Counted from the first letter of the stretch, positions 35,021 through 63,395 are shown. The stretch is DNA of 64,000 nucleotides from Salpingoeca rosetta (GCA_033442325.1 JAWQFM010000011.1:1256201-1320200); one strand, 5' to 3'. Made by a program: numbers and translations. The notes: generated by a model not told the origin, from the sequence alone.

Positions 35021-37606
35021 ATGGCCTCCTCGGCACTGCGCTTCGACGGGCGGGTGGTCCTGATCACTGGCGCAGGCAATGGTGGGGTTGTGCTTGTGTG
35101 TTTGTTTGTTTGTGTTTGTGTTTGTGTGAGTGCATGCTGGAGCAGGGCTGGCGTTGTGTGCTGATAGCTCTGCTGTGTGTACTAAAACAGCTCTTGTTCT
35201 TGTTTGTTTGACATCGCGCTGGTCACAACAGGCTTGGGCCGCGCGTACGCCCTGGCGTTTGCTGAGCGCGGAGCCAAAGTTGTCGGTGCGTACATCTGAC
35301 TGTCGATCTTGTATGTGTGCAGGTCAATGTCACAGGTTGAAGAGACAAGTTACACGCACACTGTGTTCTTGTGTGTGTGTGTGTGCCACACCTTGCTGGT
35401 AGCAGAATGGCATATCCGCAGACACGCAGGCAAAGGCAGCCGCATATTCACACACACACACACACACAAACAAACAAACATGCAAACACACACGGACACA
35501 GACACAGATGAACACACACTTTGACACACATTCACAACCACTACTGTTGTTTGGGTGTTTGTGTTCAGTGAACGACTTGGGTGGATCTGTGAGTGGCGAA
35601 GGCAAGAGCACGAGGGCAGCAGACGACGTTGTGGCAGAGATCAAGCGCAAAGGCGGGATCGCAGTGGCCAACTATGACTCTGTTGAAGCCGGCAAATCGC
35701 TCGTGGACACTGCCATCCGCAACTTTGGCCGCCTCGATATCCTCGTCAATAACGCCGGCATCTTGCGTGACAAGTCCTTCTCCAAGATGGCCGAAGCAGA
35801 GTGGGACGCCGTGTACAATGTGTGTTGTGCTTTGTATGTTGTGCTTTGTGTGTGCGTGAACGAGTGTTTTGTGTGTGTGTGTGTTGTGTTTGTGTGTTGT
35901 GTGTGTGTCTTGTGCTTTATGTGTGTGTGTGCCGTTTTCCGTGCCAGTAGATTGGCACGCTTCTGCAACACGCTGTGCGTTTCCGTTTGCGTCTCCTCAT
36001 GCATCGTATTCATGTGCACATGCATCACTGCACAGGTCCACCTCAAGGGTTCCTTCCTCGTGACCAGGGCAGCCTGGGATGTCATGAGAGAGCAACAGTT
36101 TGGCAGGTTTGTGTTGTGGATTGCACCGAACTGTGAACGCCCCTGTTCCAGCGGGACATAGTCTTCCTTCTGTGATGTTTAATTCCTGCATTGCTCAGCT
36201 TGCACACAGACACAGAGCCAGACAAACAGACACACACAGGCACAGACACAGACACAAACACAAACAGACACACACACAGGCACACAGACATACAGAGACA
36301 CAGACACAGACACACAGACACAGACACAGACACAGACACAGACACAGACACAGACACAGACACAGACACAGACACACACGCATCTCTCACGTGCGACGAC
36401 GTTTTGCGTGCAGGGTAATTATGACCTCGTCCACGTCTGGGTTGTACGGCAACTTTGGCCAGGCCAACTACAGCGCCGCCAAGCTGGGGCTTGTTGGGTT
36501 GGCGCACACCTTGGCCATTGAGGGCCGCAAGTACAACATCACGTGCAACGCCGTTGCGCCAACAGCCGGCTCACGCCTCTCTGCGGGTGTCATGCCACCA
36601 TCGTACGCTGCGGCCGTCAAGCCGGAATTCGTCGCCCCGCTCCTGCTCTGGCTCTGTCACGACTCGTGCACGGAGACAAAAGGCATTTACGAGGTGTGTG
36701 TGTGTGTGTGTGTGCGTGTGCGTGTGTATGCGTGTGTGTGTGTGTGTACTTGAACACTACCTGCGAGACTTGACAAGCAAGCTCACCTCCGTTCGCGCCC
36801 GTGTCCACCTCAGGTTGGCGGTGGATGGGTGAGCAAGCTCCGGCTGGAGCGAACACTCGGCGCTGTCATGCGTTCCCCAACAACAACCATCACCCCAGAA
36901 ACTGGTCTGTATGCTCGACCGACAGACACTGTGATGTGCACATGCATGCTCCGTATGAACGTATGTGTGCGTGTGTGCGTGCGTGTATGGAGTGTGTGTT
37001 TGTGTACGTATGTGTGTGAGTGCGTACGTGTATATGTGTGTGTATGTGTATGTGTGTGTATGTGTATGTGTATGTGTGTGCATGCGTGGGTACGGATACA
37101 TGTTCGTATCTGTTTGTGAAGTAACCGTGTCATGCGCCGTCCACACCTTGCACTTCACCGTCATCATCTCACCACCATCACGTCCACTGTATTGCGTTGT
37201 GTTGCAGTGCGGGACAAATGGAGCGTCATTACCGATTGGACAAACGCCGACCACCCAGAAAGCACAGATCGTACGTCACAGCGTACTCACACCTGTGGAG
37301 GCATGCGTGTGTCTCATGTGCGCGTGCATCTGTATTTGCGCGCTTCCGCGTTCTGTTTTGCTGCACAAATTGACAGAGGAAACGAACTTAACTATGGAGC
37401 GGCGTAAGACCTCATGCCCATCTGCTTCTCGCGTCAAATTGTATCATTGTGTTGCGGTTGACAGAGACAACAAAACGCATGCTTGAAATCATCGAAGCAA
37501 TGAAGGCAGCACCAGCACCGTCATCGTCATCGTCGTCACCATCATCATCTCGAGATGAACCTGTTGACGTGGTGCGTCGTGCACACATTCCAATTTGTTG
37601 ACCTGC

Positions 37607-37681
<75 letters not shown>

Positions 37682-38300
37682 GTCGTNNNNNNNNNNNNNN
37701 NNNNNNNNNNNNNNNNNNNNNNNNNNNNNNNNNNNNNNNNNNNNNNNNNNNNNNNNNNNNNNNNNNNNNNNNNNNNNNNNNNNNNNCCTACTAACAATCG
37801 CCGGCCCCTCCCGCGCCTTCTCTAGATTGTATGCAAAGCTCTGACTGTTCGACGTATCAGCATTGCTCATGATCGGCAACGATCGTAAAATGAACAATGC
37901 ACTGCAGACCCCGATGTCGGAAAGACTTCAATTTTTTGTGCAGTTGTTCGCTCGTTGCATGCAGCTAATCTGCAGTTTCTGCAAGTATAACGACCAGAGC
38001 CTCTTCAGCACGTCAGTCACTATATCCTAGATCAGCTTAATCTAACAACGGTAGACATGCTCCTACCCGCACTCTTCTTCCACACTCCATATTATGCGCG
38101 TCTGGAGCGTTCTCTTTTTTGTGTATGATGTATGATATGACTGCGACATCCGATCAGACGCCCCAGTCCCCTGCGACGCAGACTGCAACCTCACCAACGC
38201 CCACGCGTACAACCCCACGCTCCAAACCTTCCGACACGAGCCGACCTCCCGCTAATACTACCCTCCTCCATGGCCCTCCTCCCTTTGCTTGCCCCCCTCA

Positions 38301-38390
<90 letters not shown>

Positions 38391-38706
38391 CACCGCCACC
38401 ACTTCAGTCGGGTGCGATCCTGTTGAACGTCCGTCTGATCTCGCCTACACATATGAGAGCGCCGACAACTTTGCTGCGTTCCCAACATTCGCTGTCATCC
38501 CGGCCCAGGTACACACGCACACACATACACACACACACGACATGAAGTAGGATATGTGAGTAGAGGGGAACACATGACTTCTGTCTGTCTGTCTATGTGT
38601 GGTGCGCTCATCATCATCACCCTCATCATCATCACCCTCATCACCCTCATCATCATCACCCTCATCATCATCACCCTCATCATCATCACCCTCATCATCA
38701 TCACCC

Positions 38707-38750
<44 letters not shown>

Positions 38751-38993
38751 GTCATGGCGTGTAATGGCGCGCGTGCGTCAGCTGTCAATGGGATCGACGA
38801 TCTTGGATATGGACGGGTTTCGCTTCCACCCGATGATGCTGCTACATGGCGAGCAGCACATTGCGTTCCACAAGCCAATGCCAACAGAAGGTGCTTCCTG
38901 CCGTGCGCGCATGAGATGTTGCTCACATGCACCGTGAGGGTTTAAGAGAGAGTGTGTGTGTGATTGTGATTGTGATTGTGTGTGTGTGTGTGT

Positions 38994-39032
<39 letters not shown>

Positions 39033-39277
39033 TGTGTGTGATAGAGAGAGAGAGAGAGAGAGAGAGCGAGTGTGTGTGATAGTGAGGTTGAGTGCGTGTC
39101 TGACACGTGCGAACCGTCGAACTGTGGCTCACAAGCTTCCACTGCCTCCGCACACTCCCCCTCCCCACAAACGCACACTTATCACCTTGCGAAGGCACTG
39201 TGACGTCCACTGCGCGTATGCTCGACATTGTGGACAAAGGATCCGGCGCCCTGGCGCTCCTCCAAGGTAATAACAAC

Positions 39278-39357
<80 letters not shown>

Positions 39358-41276
39358 CAGTGGTGGTGGTGGGAGTGGCCATGGTGAGGAAGACACAAAG
39401 AACACAAAGAACACAGACAGCGCAACAACCCTAATCGTTAGAGTCGTAGTTGTGCTTCATCCTCACACCCACGGCTCCTCACTTGTGAACGCACGTTCCA
39501 CGTTGCCTCCTTGTCTTCCTTTCCTTAGTGGATACGCGCGACACGAGTGGCGCTCTCGTGTGCACCAACACGTTTTCGCTGTTTGTTCGTGGCAAGGGCG
39601 GATTTGGCGGCCCAACAACCACGAAGCACGCCCTGGTACGGTGCCATCTGCAATCACTTGCGAGCCGCTCCTAGCTTGGGAGTTTATTTTCCACAGACAC
39701 ACAGACAAACACACAGACACAGACAAACACACAGACACAGACACAGACACAGACACACAGACAAACACACAGACACAGACAAACACACAGACACAGACAA
39801 ACACACAGACACAGACACAGACACAGACACACAGACAAACACACAGACACAGACAAACACACAGACACACAGACACACGTGCACGCACGCAGACATGGGA
39901 CATGCTAATGACCGTGTGCCCTTGGTGTGTGCATTGCTGGTGCAGCCGCGTGTGAGTGTTCCGTCGTCCCCGCCGACGAATGTCATCGAGGAGAAGACGC
40001 ACACGAACCAGGTGACCATTGCTCTGTTGTTTGCATGCGAATGTTTACCCTGTACCTTTTCTGAAAACCAACAGCACACATACACACATTGATGCACTCA
40101 CACGTTTGCTGACTCACACCCACACTTGCACACCCACACTCACACTCACACTTGCACACACACACACACATTTATGCACTCACACACACACACTTACACT
40201 TACATTTGCACACCCACACACTAACACTCACCCACGCCCCCATACACACACACACACTGCGAGACACAGGCTGCCGTGTATCGCCTCTCTGGCGACTTCA
40301 ACCCATTGCACATTGACCTAAACATGGCCAAAGTCGCAAACTTCAAGCAGCCTATCCTGCACGGCCTGTGCACAATGGGATATGGCATCCGCCACGTGTT
40401 GCAGGCCTGCTCCAAAACTGCCAATGGCGATGATGACACAGGCAACCATCCCACCATTGCATCACTGCAAGCGCGCTTCGCCAGTCCGGTTTTCCCCGGC
40501 GAAACGCTCCAGACATCCGTGTGGCAAGACGGCAGCACGGCGGTGTTCCAGGTGAAGGTCGTCGAGCGCGATGCTGTTGTTCTCACGGCGGGCCGCGTGG
40601 TATTCGCCAGCGACGCCGATGCAGCGGCACCCCCAGCAGCAGGAACCGCAAACAAAACTGAACAGCAGCAGCAGCAGGGGCCGGCACTGAAGGTGCGGTG
40701 GGTGGTCTTGGAGGAGTGGCTCGCTGTTGTGATTTGCATGGGTTGGCATCATGGCTGTTCCGCATTGTGACAGACGCGATGACGCATGCAACCTACTGAC
40801 ACACACATACACACAACATACAAACGCACACACACACACAACATACAAACGCGCGCGCGCACACACGCACACACACACACACAACATACAAACGCGCGCG
40901 CGCACACACACACACACAAACAAACAAACAAACAAACACTTGCGTGATGCAGGCCACGGCCATCTTTGAGCGGATGAAAGCGACGCTGAGTGAGAAGATG
41001 GTGAAGAAGGCAAACGCAATCTTCCAGTGGAACATCAAGGACGCAGCCAAGAACACGCACGTGTGGACAGTCGACCTGAAGAAGGGAAGTGGCGAAATCT
41101 ACCGCGGACAACCGAAGAGCGGGCGCCCTGGCTGCACGCTCACGCTGAGTGATGACGACTTTGCACAGCTTGTCGATGGCAAGTTGGATCCGATGAAGGC
41201 GTTCATGTCCGGAAAACTCAAGCTGTCCGGAAACATGATGCTCGCGCAGAAACTGCAGGTTCTCCTCAGGCCCTGA
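35021..41276 (+). CDS. HSD17B4: Peroxisomal multifunctional enzyme type 2 (SDR dehydrogenase + hydratase 2 + SCP2); interrupted by an assembly gap
   Basis: [101 protein letters not shown], and SCP2 domain WTVDLK...[23 protein letters not shown]. Confidence 0.95.
37687..37786. other. Assembly gap (100 N) inside HSD17B4
   Basis: Run of N. Confidence 1.
38607..38750. repeat. (CAT)n repeat with periodic CACCCT interruptions, intronic
   Basis: Directly visible. Confidence 0.95.
39278..39356. repeat. (GAT)n repeat, intronic
   Basis: Directly visible just after the GT donor at about 39267. Confidence 0.95.
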
Positions 41277-41700
41277 TGCAAGCAATGTGTCTGCTTGAAC
41301 GAAAACACACGCGCTCTCTTGTTTTTGGGGGTCGCTGCTTGTTTTCCTTGCTCTCCTTCCGCGTGCCTTGCCTTGATAGTGTCGTGCAGTGTTGTGTGGT
41401 TCGTTTACTTGTTTCCGCTGTTGCTCTGTCATCACCAGTCGAATACAACACAGCAGCAGTCGCCCGCCCTCGTCTCCAAGCAACATAACTTTCTACCACG
41501 CACAAACAGCAAGTTTCAACTTGACACAAGACACAGCGGTGCCAATCGTAAACTGAGCACACACAAAAAAACACACGCTCACAATTAAACACCCACGAGC
41601 ACGCACATGTACAGGCACGCACTCGCAATCACACAATCTCCCATTGTCTTTGTTATCCCACACTCATCACCCCCCCCCCCCTTCCCATCTTCCTTTTCAT

Positions 41701-52690
<10,990 letters not shown>

Positions 52691-52832
52691 GTGCTTGCCG
52701 ACTGCACTGGTGGGCTGCCGATGTACCTGCGTTGTCCTTGTCACGTTCGCTGCTGGTGTTGGGGCGGCAGCTGTCTTCGTTGAGCGACTCTATGAAGGGA
52801 AGGTGGCCGGCGGTCGATTGGCGGGTCGTGTT

Positions 52833-52967
<135 letters not shown>

Positions 52968-54115
52968 CGGCGGTGGTAGTGGCGTTGTTTGCCTTCTGGT
53001 TGGCTATTCCAAAGATAGAAGGGAGGAGAGAGAGGGAGGGGGAGACAGACAGACAGAGAAGGAAGGAGGGGAGAGGGACGAGGGCGAGTCGAGAGAGGGC
53101 GCAGAGAGGAGGAGGACAAAGACACAAACAAACAAAGGTGAGGACGTGTGTGCGCGTGGGGCAAGATAGCAAGTCCAGGTGGGGGGTGGGAGCGGGAGCG
53201 GGAGCGGAAACAGTTAGCGGTTGCTCGCGTGGCGTTGCATTGCTTTGAGCGTTGTGGTGCGGGTGGATGGGTGGATGGATGGGTGGATGGGTGGTGGGGG
53301 GTGTTGTTGCGATTGATTGATCCATCCATACACAGAGCAAGCAAAGCAGGACGGACGCGCATTCATTGTTGATGGGCACATCAATCATGTCAACAGCAGC
53401 AGCAACCAACTCACAGAAGTCGTTGTTTGAATGGTGTGTGGGTGGGTGTTTCGTTTTCGTGTTTCCCACCACTCCCTCAACATGCACGACACGACACGAC
53501 ACTCACATATCAACACACACCTGACAACAACGAGGAGGAGGAGGATGACGACGGCGACCACCCGCTGATGTTGATGATGATGTTGATGTTGCAGTCGTGC
53601 TTGTGTGAAAATTTTCACCAAAGGCAGCCAGTCAGCGTCTTGTGGGTGTGGTGGTGTGTGCGGAGGCCGCACGAGCAAGAACCACCCATCATTGTTGCTT
53701 GTTTTCGGTTGTGCGTGCTGTGCGAACCGGCTGACGAACCGTTTCTGTCCTTGATGGTCGTTGTCACTCGTCATTTCAGTGGCGCTGGATTGGGCAGACG
53801 AGATGCCCTTTACATCATGTGCCACGATTGCACGCGTTTGCACGGCGCCCCAACGCAACCGAACGCATCTGCGTGATGCAATACCCGAACGCAAGCAACA
53901 ACATTGGTCAGAGCGCAGCACTGCTGAGGTGAAGTCCGCTGTGCTGCAGCTGCATTTTCCAACGCTCATCAAATCACTGATCCTTCATTCATCCCCCCTC
54001 CCCCCTTACCAACAACCAATCGACCGACGAACCAATCGACCGACGAACCGCGTCTCCCCCCTTCCCATTACTCCATCATCCCCCCTTCCCATTACTCCAC
54101 CCATCACGTCAAGCG

Positions 54116-55906
54116 ATGACCGTGCTTCTGAGAGCATCGCGTTCACTGCTGCTGCAGCAGGTGCTGCTGCGGCGCCCGTGCGTGCGCGTTGTTACTGCCA
54201 GCAACGCGCTTGCTGCCACCAGTCAAGTTCGCGGCGTGCACACTTCCAAGGACAACGAACAGTTGGAAGGAAAAGTCCACGACGTCTCTGTGCAGCATTT
54301 CCGCCGCTCCAACAACCCTCATCCGCTCTTCAGCAAGGTCGACGATCACGGCAACCCAGGTGCGAGGGAGATAAAGAGAGTGGGTGTGTGAATGTGTGAA
54401 TGTGTGTGTGTGAATGTGTGAATGTGTGCGTGCATGTGTGAATGTGCGCAAGTGTGTGCGTGTGTGTGCCTGTTTCCTTGCTGAGTTCCTTTCTCGCTTC
54501 CTTGCTCGGTTTCTCTCTTGGCTCGCTTGCTTGGTCTCTCCCTTTGAGTTGCCTGCATGCACGTTTGCGAGGCACTGTGAAATCATCAGAGTTGCTCAGC
54601 CATGCATCTGCTCCCAATCCTTTCATCCTCTCTCCCCGACTAAACACAAAATCGCTCATCATCTACACGAAATCGCACATCATCTTTATCTTACGTGTCT
54701 CTAACTTGTTGCATCCAATCAAACAGTGTGGGTCAACCCTGTGGACAACAAGGTGTGGAGCGAGGAGGAAGTGAAGGACGTGAAGGTGACGCACATCGAT
54801 CCCAAGGACCGCCATGACCGCGTCGCCTACTACCTCATTCGCATGATCCGCAGGGGCTTTGACATCTTCAGGTCAGTACCCATTTGTTGTTTGTTCTGCT
54901 CATCGCACGTATGCGTGCGTGCATGCATGCAAGCAACAAAGCAAGCGCAACAAGGGATACTATTCGCATCCCCTCACAACTGCTCACCTCACCATGATCC
55001 GACACCCACCCCAAGTCCCGACTCGCACCACCATTGCGTTTGCCCACCCACATACAATGACTCACTCCCTCAACCCTACCCCACCCTCACTCACCCTCTT
55101 CTTGCCCCCACAGTGGCTATGCGTTTGGGCCCATCAACGAGCACAAGTTCCTGCGCCGTGTCATCTTCTTGGAGACCGTAGCAGGCATCCCAGGTATGGT
55201 TGCAGGAAGCCTTCGCCACCTCAAGTCCCTTCGACTCATGAAGCGTGATCACGGGTGAGTGTGCACCGCTGCTGAAATAAATGGTCTGCAGTGTCGGGTG
55301 GCGTCCCGCGATTTGTGCTGACGCCCATCTGCAAGTCAAATGCACATTTGATAGTTACTGTATTTTGTTTTTTTGTTTGTTGTTGTTGTTTTCAACCATT
55401 CCCTCATTCCACTCCCCGCCAACACCAACGCAACACCAACGCAACACCAATGCTCGCTGTGTTGTTTGGTGTTCAGCTGGATCCACACCTTGCTGGAGGA
55501 GGCTGAGAACGAGCGCATGCACTTGCTGACGTTTATGCAGCTGAGGGAGCCTGGCTTGCTCTTCCGTGGCATGGTCCTCGCTGCCCAGGGCGTCTTCTGG
55601 AACCTGTACTTTCTCGGCTACCTCGCGTCCCCACGCACGTGCCACCGCTTTGTCGGCTACCTGGAGGAGGAGGCTGTCAAGACATACACAGACGCCATCA
55701 AAGCGCTGGACGACGGCCTCATGCCCACATGGACCAACAAGCCCGCCCCGGACATTGCCAAGACATACTGGGGCCTGGCTGACGATGCGCTCATGCGCGA
55801 TGTCTTGCTCGCCGTGCGTGCAGACGAGGCCAACCACCGCGACGTCAACCACACCCTGTCCACCCTCAAGACCACAGACGTCAACCCATACGTCAGCGGC
55901 AAGTGA
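54116..55906 (+). CDS. AOX: Mitochondrial alternative oxidase, 4 exons
   Basis: Arg/Leu/Ser-rich presequence; di-iron motifs [39 protein letters not shown] and [13 protein letters not shown]; ends NPYVSGK*. Confidence 0.97.
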
Positions 55907-56042
55907 GGGGATGGGCGTGTCTTTGCTCTTTCCTTTCTTCTTCTGCTCTTCTGCCGCCACCCTGTTATCATCATCGTCCACTCGTCTCTTGCGTGTTGTG
56001 CGCCATGCCTTTTTTTTTCCTTCGTGGCATGATTGATTTCTT

Positions 56043-56074
<32 letters not shown>

Positions 56075-56446
56075 GCTGTTGTTGCTACAATGCTGCTGAC
56101 AAGTGTGTAATAAGTGTGTCTGCCTCCGTCCTTGATGATGTGCGGACACACACACACACACACACACATCCAACACTAAGTACACTGTTGCTCTGCAACA
56201 CACAGCAACAACAAACGACAACGAGTGAGAGAACGTGCGAGTGCAACGTTGTACGATGCGGCTGCGAAGCACCTACTCAGACGTGCATGCGCGATGACGA
56301 TGATTGAAAGCTTGAAAGGACAGTCAGCTGCGACACAACGACATGCAAACATATCGTGCACACAAATCCCTTGTTGTCTTGCTTGCACTGACAGAGAGAG
56401 AGGAGGATAGCCGAAGAAAGCAGACACACAGACACACACACACACA

Positions 56447-56554
<108 letters not shown>

Positions 56555-56571
56555 AAGGTGAGACAGCAAGC

Positions 56572-59249
<2,678 letters not shown>

Positions 59250-59798
59250 GAAACGACTATTGATAGTGGTGGTGGTCATGATGATGATTGTGGTAGTTCT
59301 GGTGTGGACGGTGGTGGTGGTGGTGGTCGTCGTCGTGGTTGATGGCAATCGAGGGGTTAGGTGTTGGTGGTGGCAACGAGGCTCGTTCACGCGTTGACAT
59401 CGTTGTTATTGTGTCTGGAGGCGTGCTACTTCAGGGTAGGTGCTGCTTGTGGGCAGGTGTGTGAATGTGTCACTTTCCTTCCTTCCTTCCTTCCTTCTTT
59501 GTTGCATTGCTTCATGAGGATACACTACATGCACATGCAGTTCCCTCCGCGTTTCTTCGTTCGCACCGTTTAGGTAATTGAAAGTACAGCAGCCAAGCAA
59601 AGTAAAAACATGGTGGTTCGTGCAATTGCTTAACAGGTCAGATGCAGAAAAGGAGTGCATCAAGGGAAGGAAACAATGACAAAGGCTTGACATGCAAGAA
59701 GCAAGCAATGGAAAACAATCACCACAGCCCTGCTTGCATCATGCAATGCCTGCGGAGTGTGTGCGACGAGCGGTGGCAGTGCGCGAAGACAAAAGAGC

Positions 59799-59800
<2 letters not shown>

Positions 59801-59872
<72 letters not shown>
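59801..59872 (-). repeat. (TGA)24 repeat that begins with the trichoplein stop codon
   Basis: TCA x24 on the + strand, in frame with the stop at 59870-59872. Confidence 0.9.
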
Positions 59873-60164
59873 GTCCCAGACAACGCGGCGACGGCCAAAC
59901 TTTGGCGCCTGAAACATCGACTGCTTTCTCCGCTCAATTTCCTGCTCAATTGCAATTTCCTCTGCGCGCCGGGCAGCCCTGTGATGGCGGCGGTGGTGGT
60001 GGTGGTGGTGGTGGTGGTGGTGGTGGTGGTGGTGGTGGCGGTGAGGGGGCTGTGTGTTGGCTCGACTCGTTGCATCAGAAAAAAAAGCAGTGCACGTCGA
60101 GGTCCAGGCCAACAACACACCAACAGCCAAACACACACACGCACACGCACACGCACACACGCAC

Positions 60165-60227
<63 letters not shown>

Positions 60228-60597
60228 ACAACACTGTCTCTCATCTCTTCCCGCTGCGTTTCGTGTACGTACTCTTCTCGCTCGAGCAATTCGCGCTGCT
60301 GCTGCTGTCGTCTTCTCTCCTCCTCCATCTGCTGCTGCACCTGCATGTCCAGGTCTCGCGCCGTTTGTATTCGCTGTTGCCGCTCTGTCGCGCGCTCTCG
60401 CTCCGTCTCCTGCAGGTGCGAGGCGAATGTGCGTGTGTGCGTGAGTATGCGTGAGTATGCGTGAGTATGCGTGAGTATGCGTGTGTGTGTGTGTGCGTGT
60501 GTGTGCGTGTGTGTGCGTGTGCGTGTGTATGCGTGAGTGTGAGTGGAATTGTGCGTGCTGCGAAACATCAACAGCGGTTTCAAAGACGCACAATAGT

Positions 60598-60653
<56 letters not shown>

Positions 60654-61049
60654 TACACAGCCGCACCCGCTTTGTGGCCTCGATGACGCTGAGGAGCTCC
60701 TGGCGCGCGCGAATGGAGTCCTGCTGCTTCTCCTTGAGCCGGTCCAATCGCTCCTGCAGCTGCAGCCGTCGTTCGCGCAGCACTTCCTCCATCAGCCGCT
60801 GTCGCGCTGCTTCCTCACGCGCCCACTCGGCCTCCTGCTTCGCGTACATGCGCGCTGCCTCGTCCCTGTCGTTCATGTGTGCGTGTGTTTGTTGTGTGAA
60901 AGAAAACACACGGGAAACAGCGACGAACATGATCCCGTCACATGCAAAAGAGACTCCGACACACACACACACACACACAGACAGACACACACAGGCACAC
61001 AGGCACACACACACAGAGACACACAGGCACACAGACACACAGGCACACA

Positions 61050-61087
<38 letters not shown>

Positions 61088-62562
61088 CACACAGGCACAC
61101 ACACACAGAAACACACACAGAAACACACACACACAGGCACAAACAAACACACACACACAGAAACACACAATACAGAGGAGTGGGTCATGGCGACCACGAG
61201 GGGGTGCAGACCTGTAGAGCTGTTCGAATTCGTCCTGACGGCGGCGCTCAATGTCCATCTGCCGCTTGACTTCCTGTTTCATCCACTCCACATCCCGCAT
61301 CGCACGCACTCGGCTAGCATGGGAGTGGTGGTGCGTGTGAGGTTCCATGATGTTGAAGAGAGCGTGTAGAAGCGAGTGAGCAGCAGGCCAAACCATCCAC
61401 GCAAAGGAAAAAAAAAAGCACACACACATGCAGACACACACATACACTCACACATGCAGACACACGCACGCACGCGCTCACGCGCTCACACACACACACA
61501 CACACACACACACGTACAACCCATCACCGCTTGCATCATCTCACCGCTCACGCTGCAGCTCCTTCTCCTCGGCCTCGGCCTGCTCAAGCGTGTCCAGCAG
61601 CCGCAGGTCCGCCTCCAACGCCTCCTGCACCTCCTTCGCCCGCCGCAGCATCTGCGCCTTGTGCTGCGAGCGCAGTGCACGGCTGTATCGGATTTGCTGG
61701 TCCTTCGCCTCGCGCACACGCCGCTCCTCTTGCTCCTGCAGCAGACGGTGCTGCTCGAGCTGTTGGTGCCATTGGCGGCGATGATGACAATGGTGGTGGT
61801 GGTGGTGGTGGACGTGAATAGAGCAAATGGAAGGCAGGCACGACGCAAACTGTGTGCACGGCTGAGTACAGTGCAAACGTCATCAACAACAGTGTGCGGG
61901 GCCGATGCTCCACAGTCCAATGACGCACCAGGAGCTGCTCGTATTCGCGCTGGTAGCGCTCTGCCTCTTCATCGCGCTGCCGTAATCTTGCATCAAATCG
62001 CGCAAACAACAACAATAACAGTGCCAGCATGGAGCATTCTCGTTTGTGAGCACAAGGATGAAGAGATGTGGGTGCTTGTAATTGGTCAATGCAGTTCCGA
62101 CACGCCGCCATGAAGTTGCACCCCCCCCCCACACGCACGCGCACACACATACACACACACGCGCGCGCTTACTCTTCCATTTGTTGCTGCAGTTCTGTCT
62201 TGTGTTGCTTTTCCGCTTGCAGTTGTCGCTTTGCTTCTTCCATCGCCTCCTGACGCCTGTACACGCACGCACGTATGTGTGTGTGTGTTCGAAAGAGAAT
62301 AGCGTCATATGAGCTTGTGATGGGTGTGCACTGACAACACAGTGAGCAGAGTGCTGTTACGCACATTCAAAGACATGTGCGCGTGCGTGTGTATGTGTAG
62401 ATGTGCGTGCGTGCATGGTGCGTACGCTCGTTCGACATCACGGTTGATCCTCTCTGCTTCGAGTGCGGCCTGACGTTGTGCCGCCTCCTCCTCCTGTCGC
62501 TTCTCCTCAACCTACACAGCACAACGAGCAGTTAACAGTGCACAATGCGTTCATTGAGCAAA

Positions 62563-62656
<94 letters not shown>

Positions 62657-62858
62657 CTGTGGGTCAATGGGGGGGGGGGCGAGCGATTGCGCGGTGTGAA
62701 CGCCCTGGGTCTCGGGCCACCCAAGCCCTGTCTCCTCCCTTCCCTCTTCCTCCTCGTCCTCAACGGAAATTGCAGACCTGCTCGTCGCGTTCCTTCTCAT
62801 ACAGCCGCTGCAGCCGCGCAGACTCAAACCGCCGAATCTCCTGCACACATGCACACAT

Positions 62859-62913
<55 letters not shown>

Positions 62914-63337
62914 TCACATATCAGCTCGCAGATAGGTGGAGGTGTGTGCATGTGCCGTTCTTGCGTGTCGTGTTCGCGCATGTGCCATTTGTGCATGTGT
63001 ACGAGTGACTAGGCGCCACCACCAGCGTACCGGGTGGTCCTGTGCCCACGCCTGGTGCAGCTGCTGCTGGGCAAGGTTCTGTCGCTCTGTCTCCCTCTCT
63101 GTTCGCAATGTCTGCGCACGCGAGCGCATCTCTTGGTATTTGTCGTGCATCGTGCGTGGTCGTCCTCTCAGCTCCGCCTCATATTGCTCGCTGCACACGA
63201 AGGGTGCATTTAACAACAAAATGCCATCGTGCACGTGTGAGGGAGGGAGAGAGAGTGTGTGTGTGTGCGTGTGTGTATTTTTTTTTGGGGGGGGGAAGAG
63301 AGCAACAGCGATGAGTCCATTGTGAGCAGTGGTGAAT

Positions 63338-63395
<58 letters not shown>

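Noticed and set aside
37787-38130. Compositionally atypical, repeat-free stretch right after the gap (insertion or mobile element?)
   Set aside because: No recognisable ORF or terminal repeats; it is next to the gap and most likely low-quality contig-end sequence.
39107-39955. 282-aa ORF with poly-Asp inside HSD17B4
   Set aside because: It is an exon read through into a (GAT)n intron; the conserved downstream exon ([10 protein letters not shown]) is in another frame.
53385-53972. 195-aa minus-strand and overlapping plus-strand ORFs between the RTK and AOX
   Set aside because: No recognisable motifs or convincing splice structure; treated as promoter or UTR sequence.
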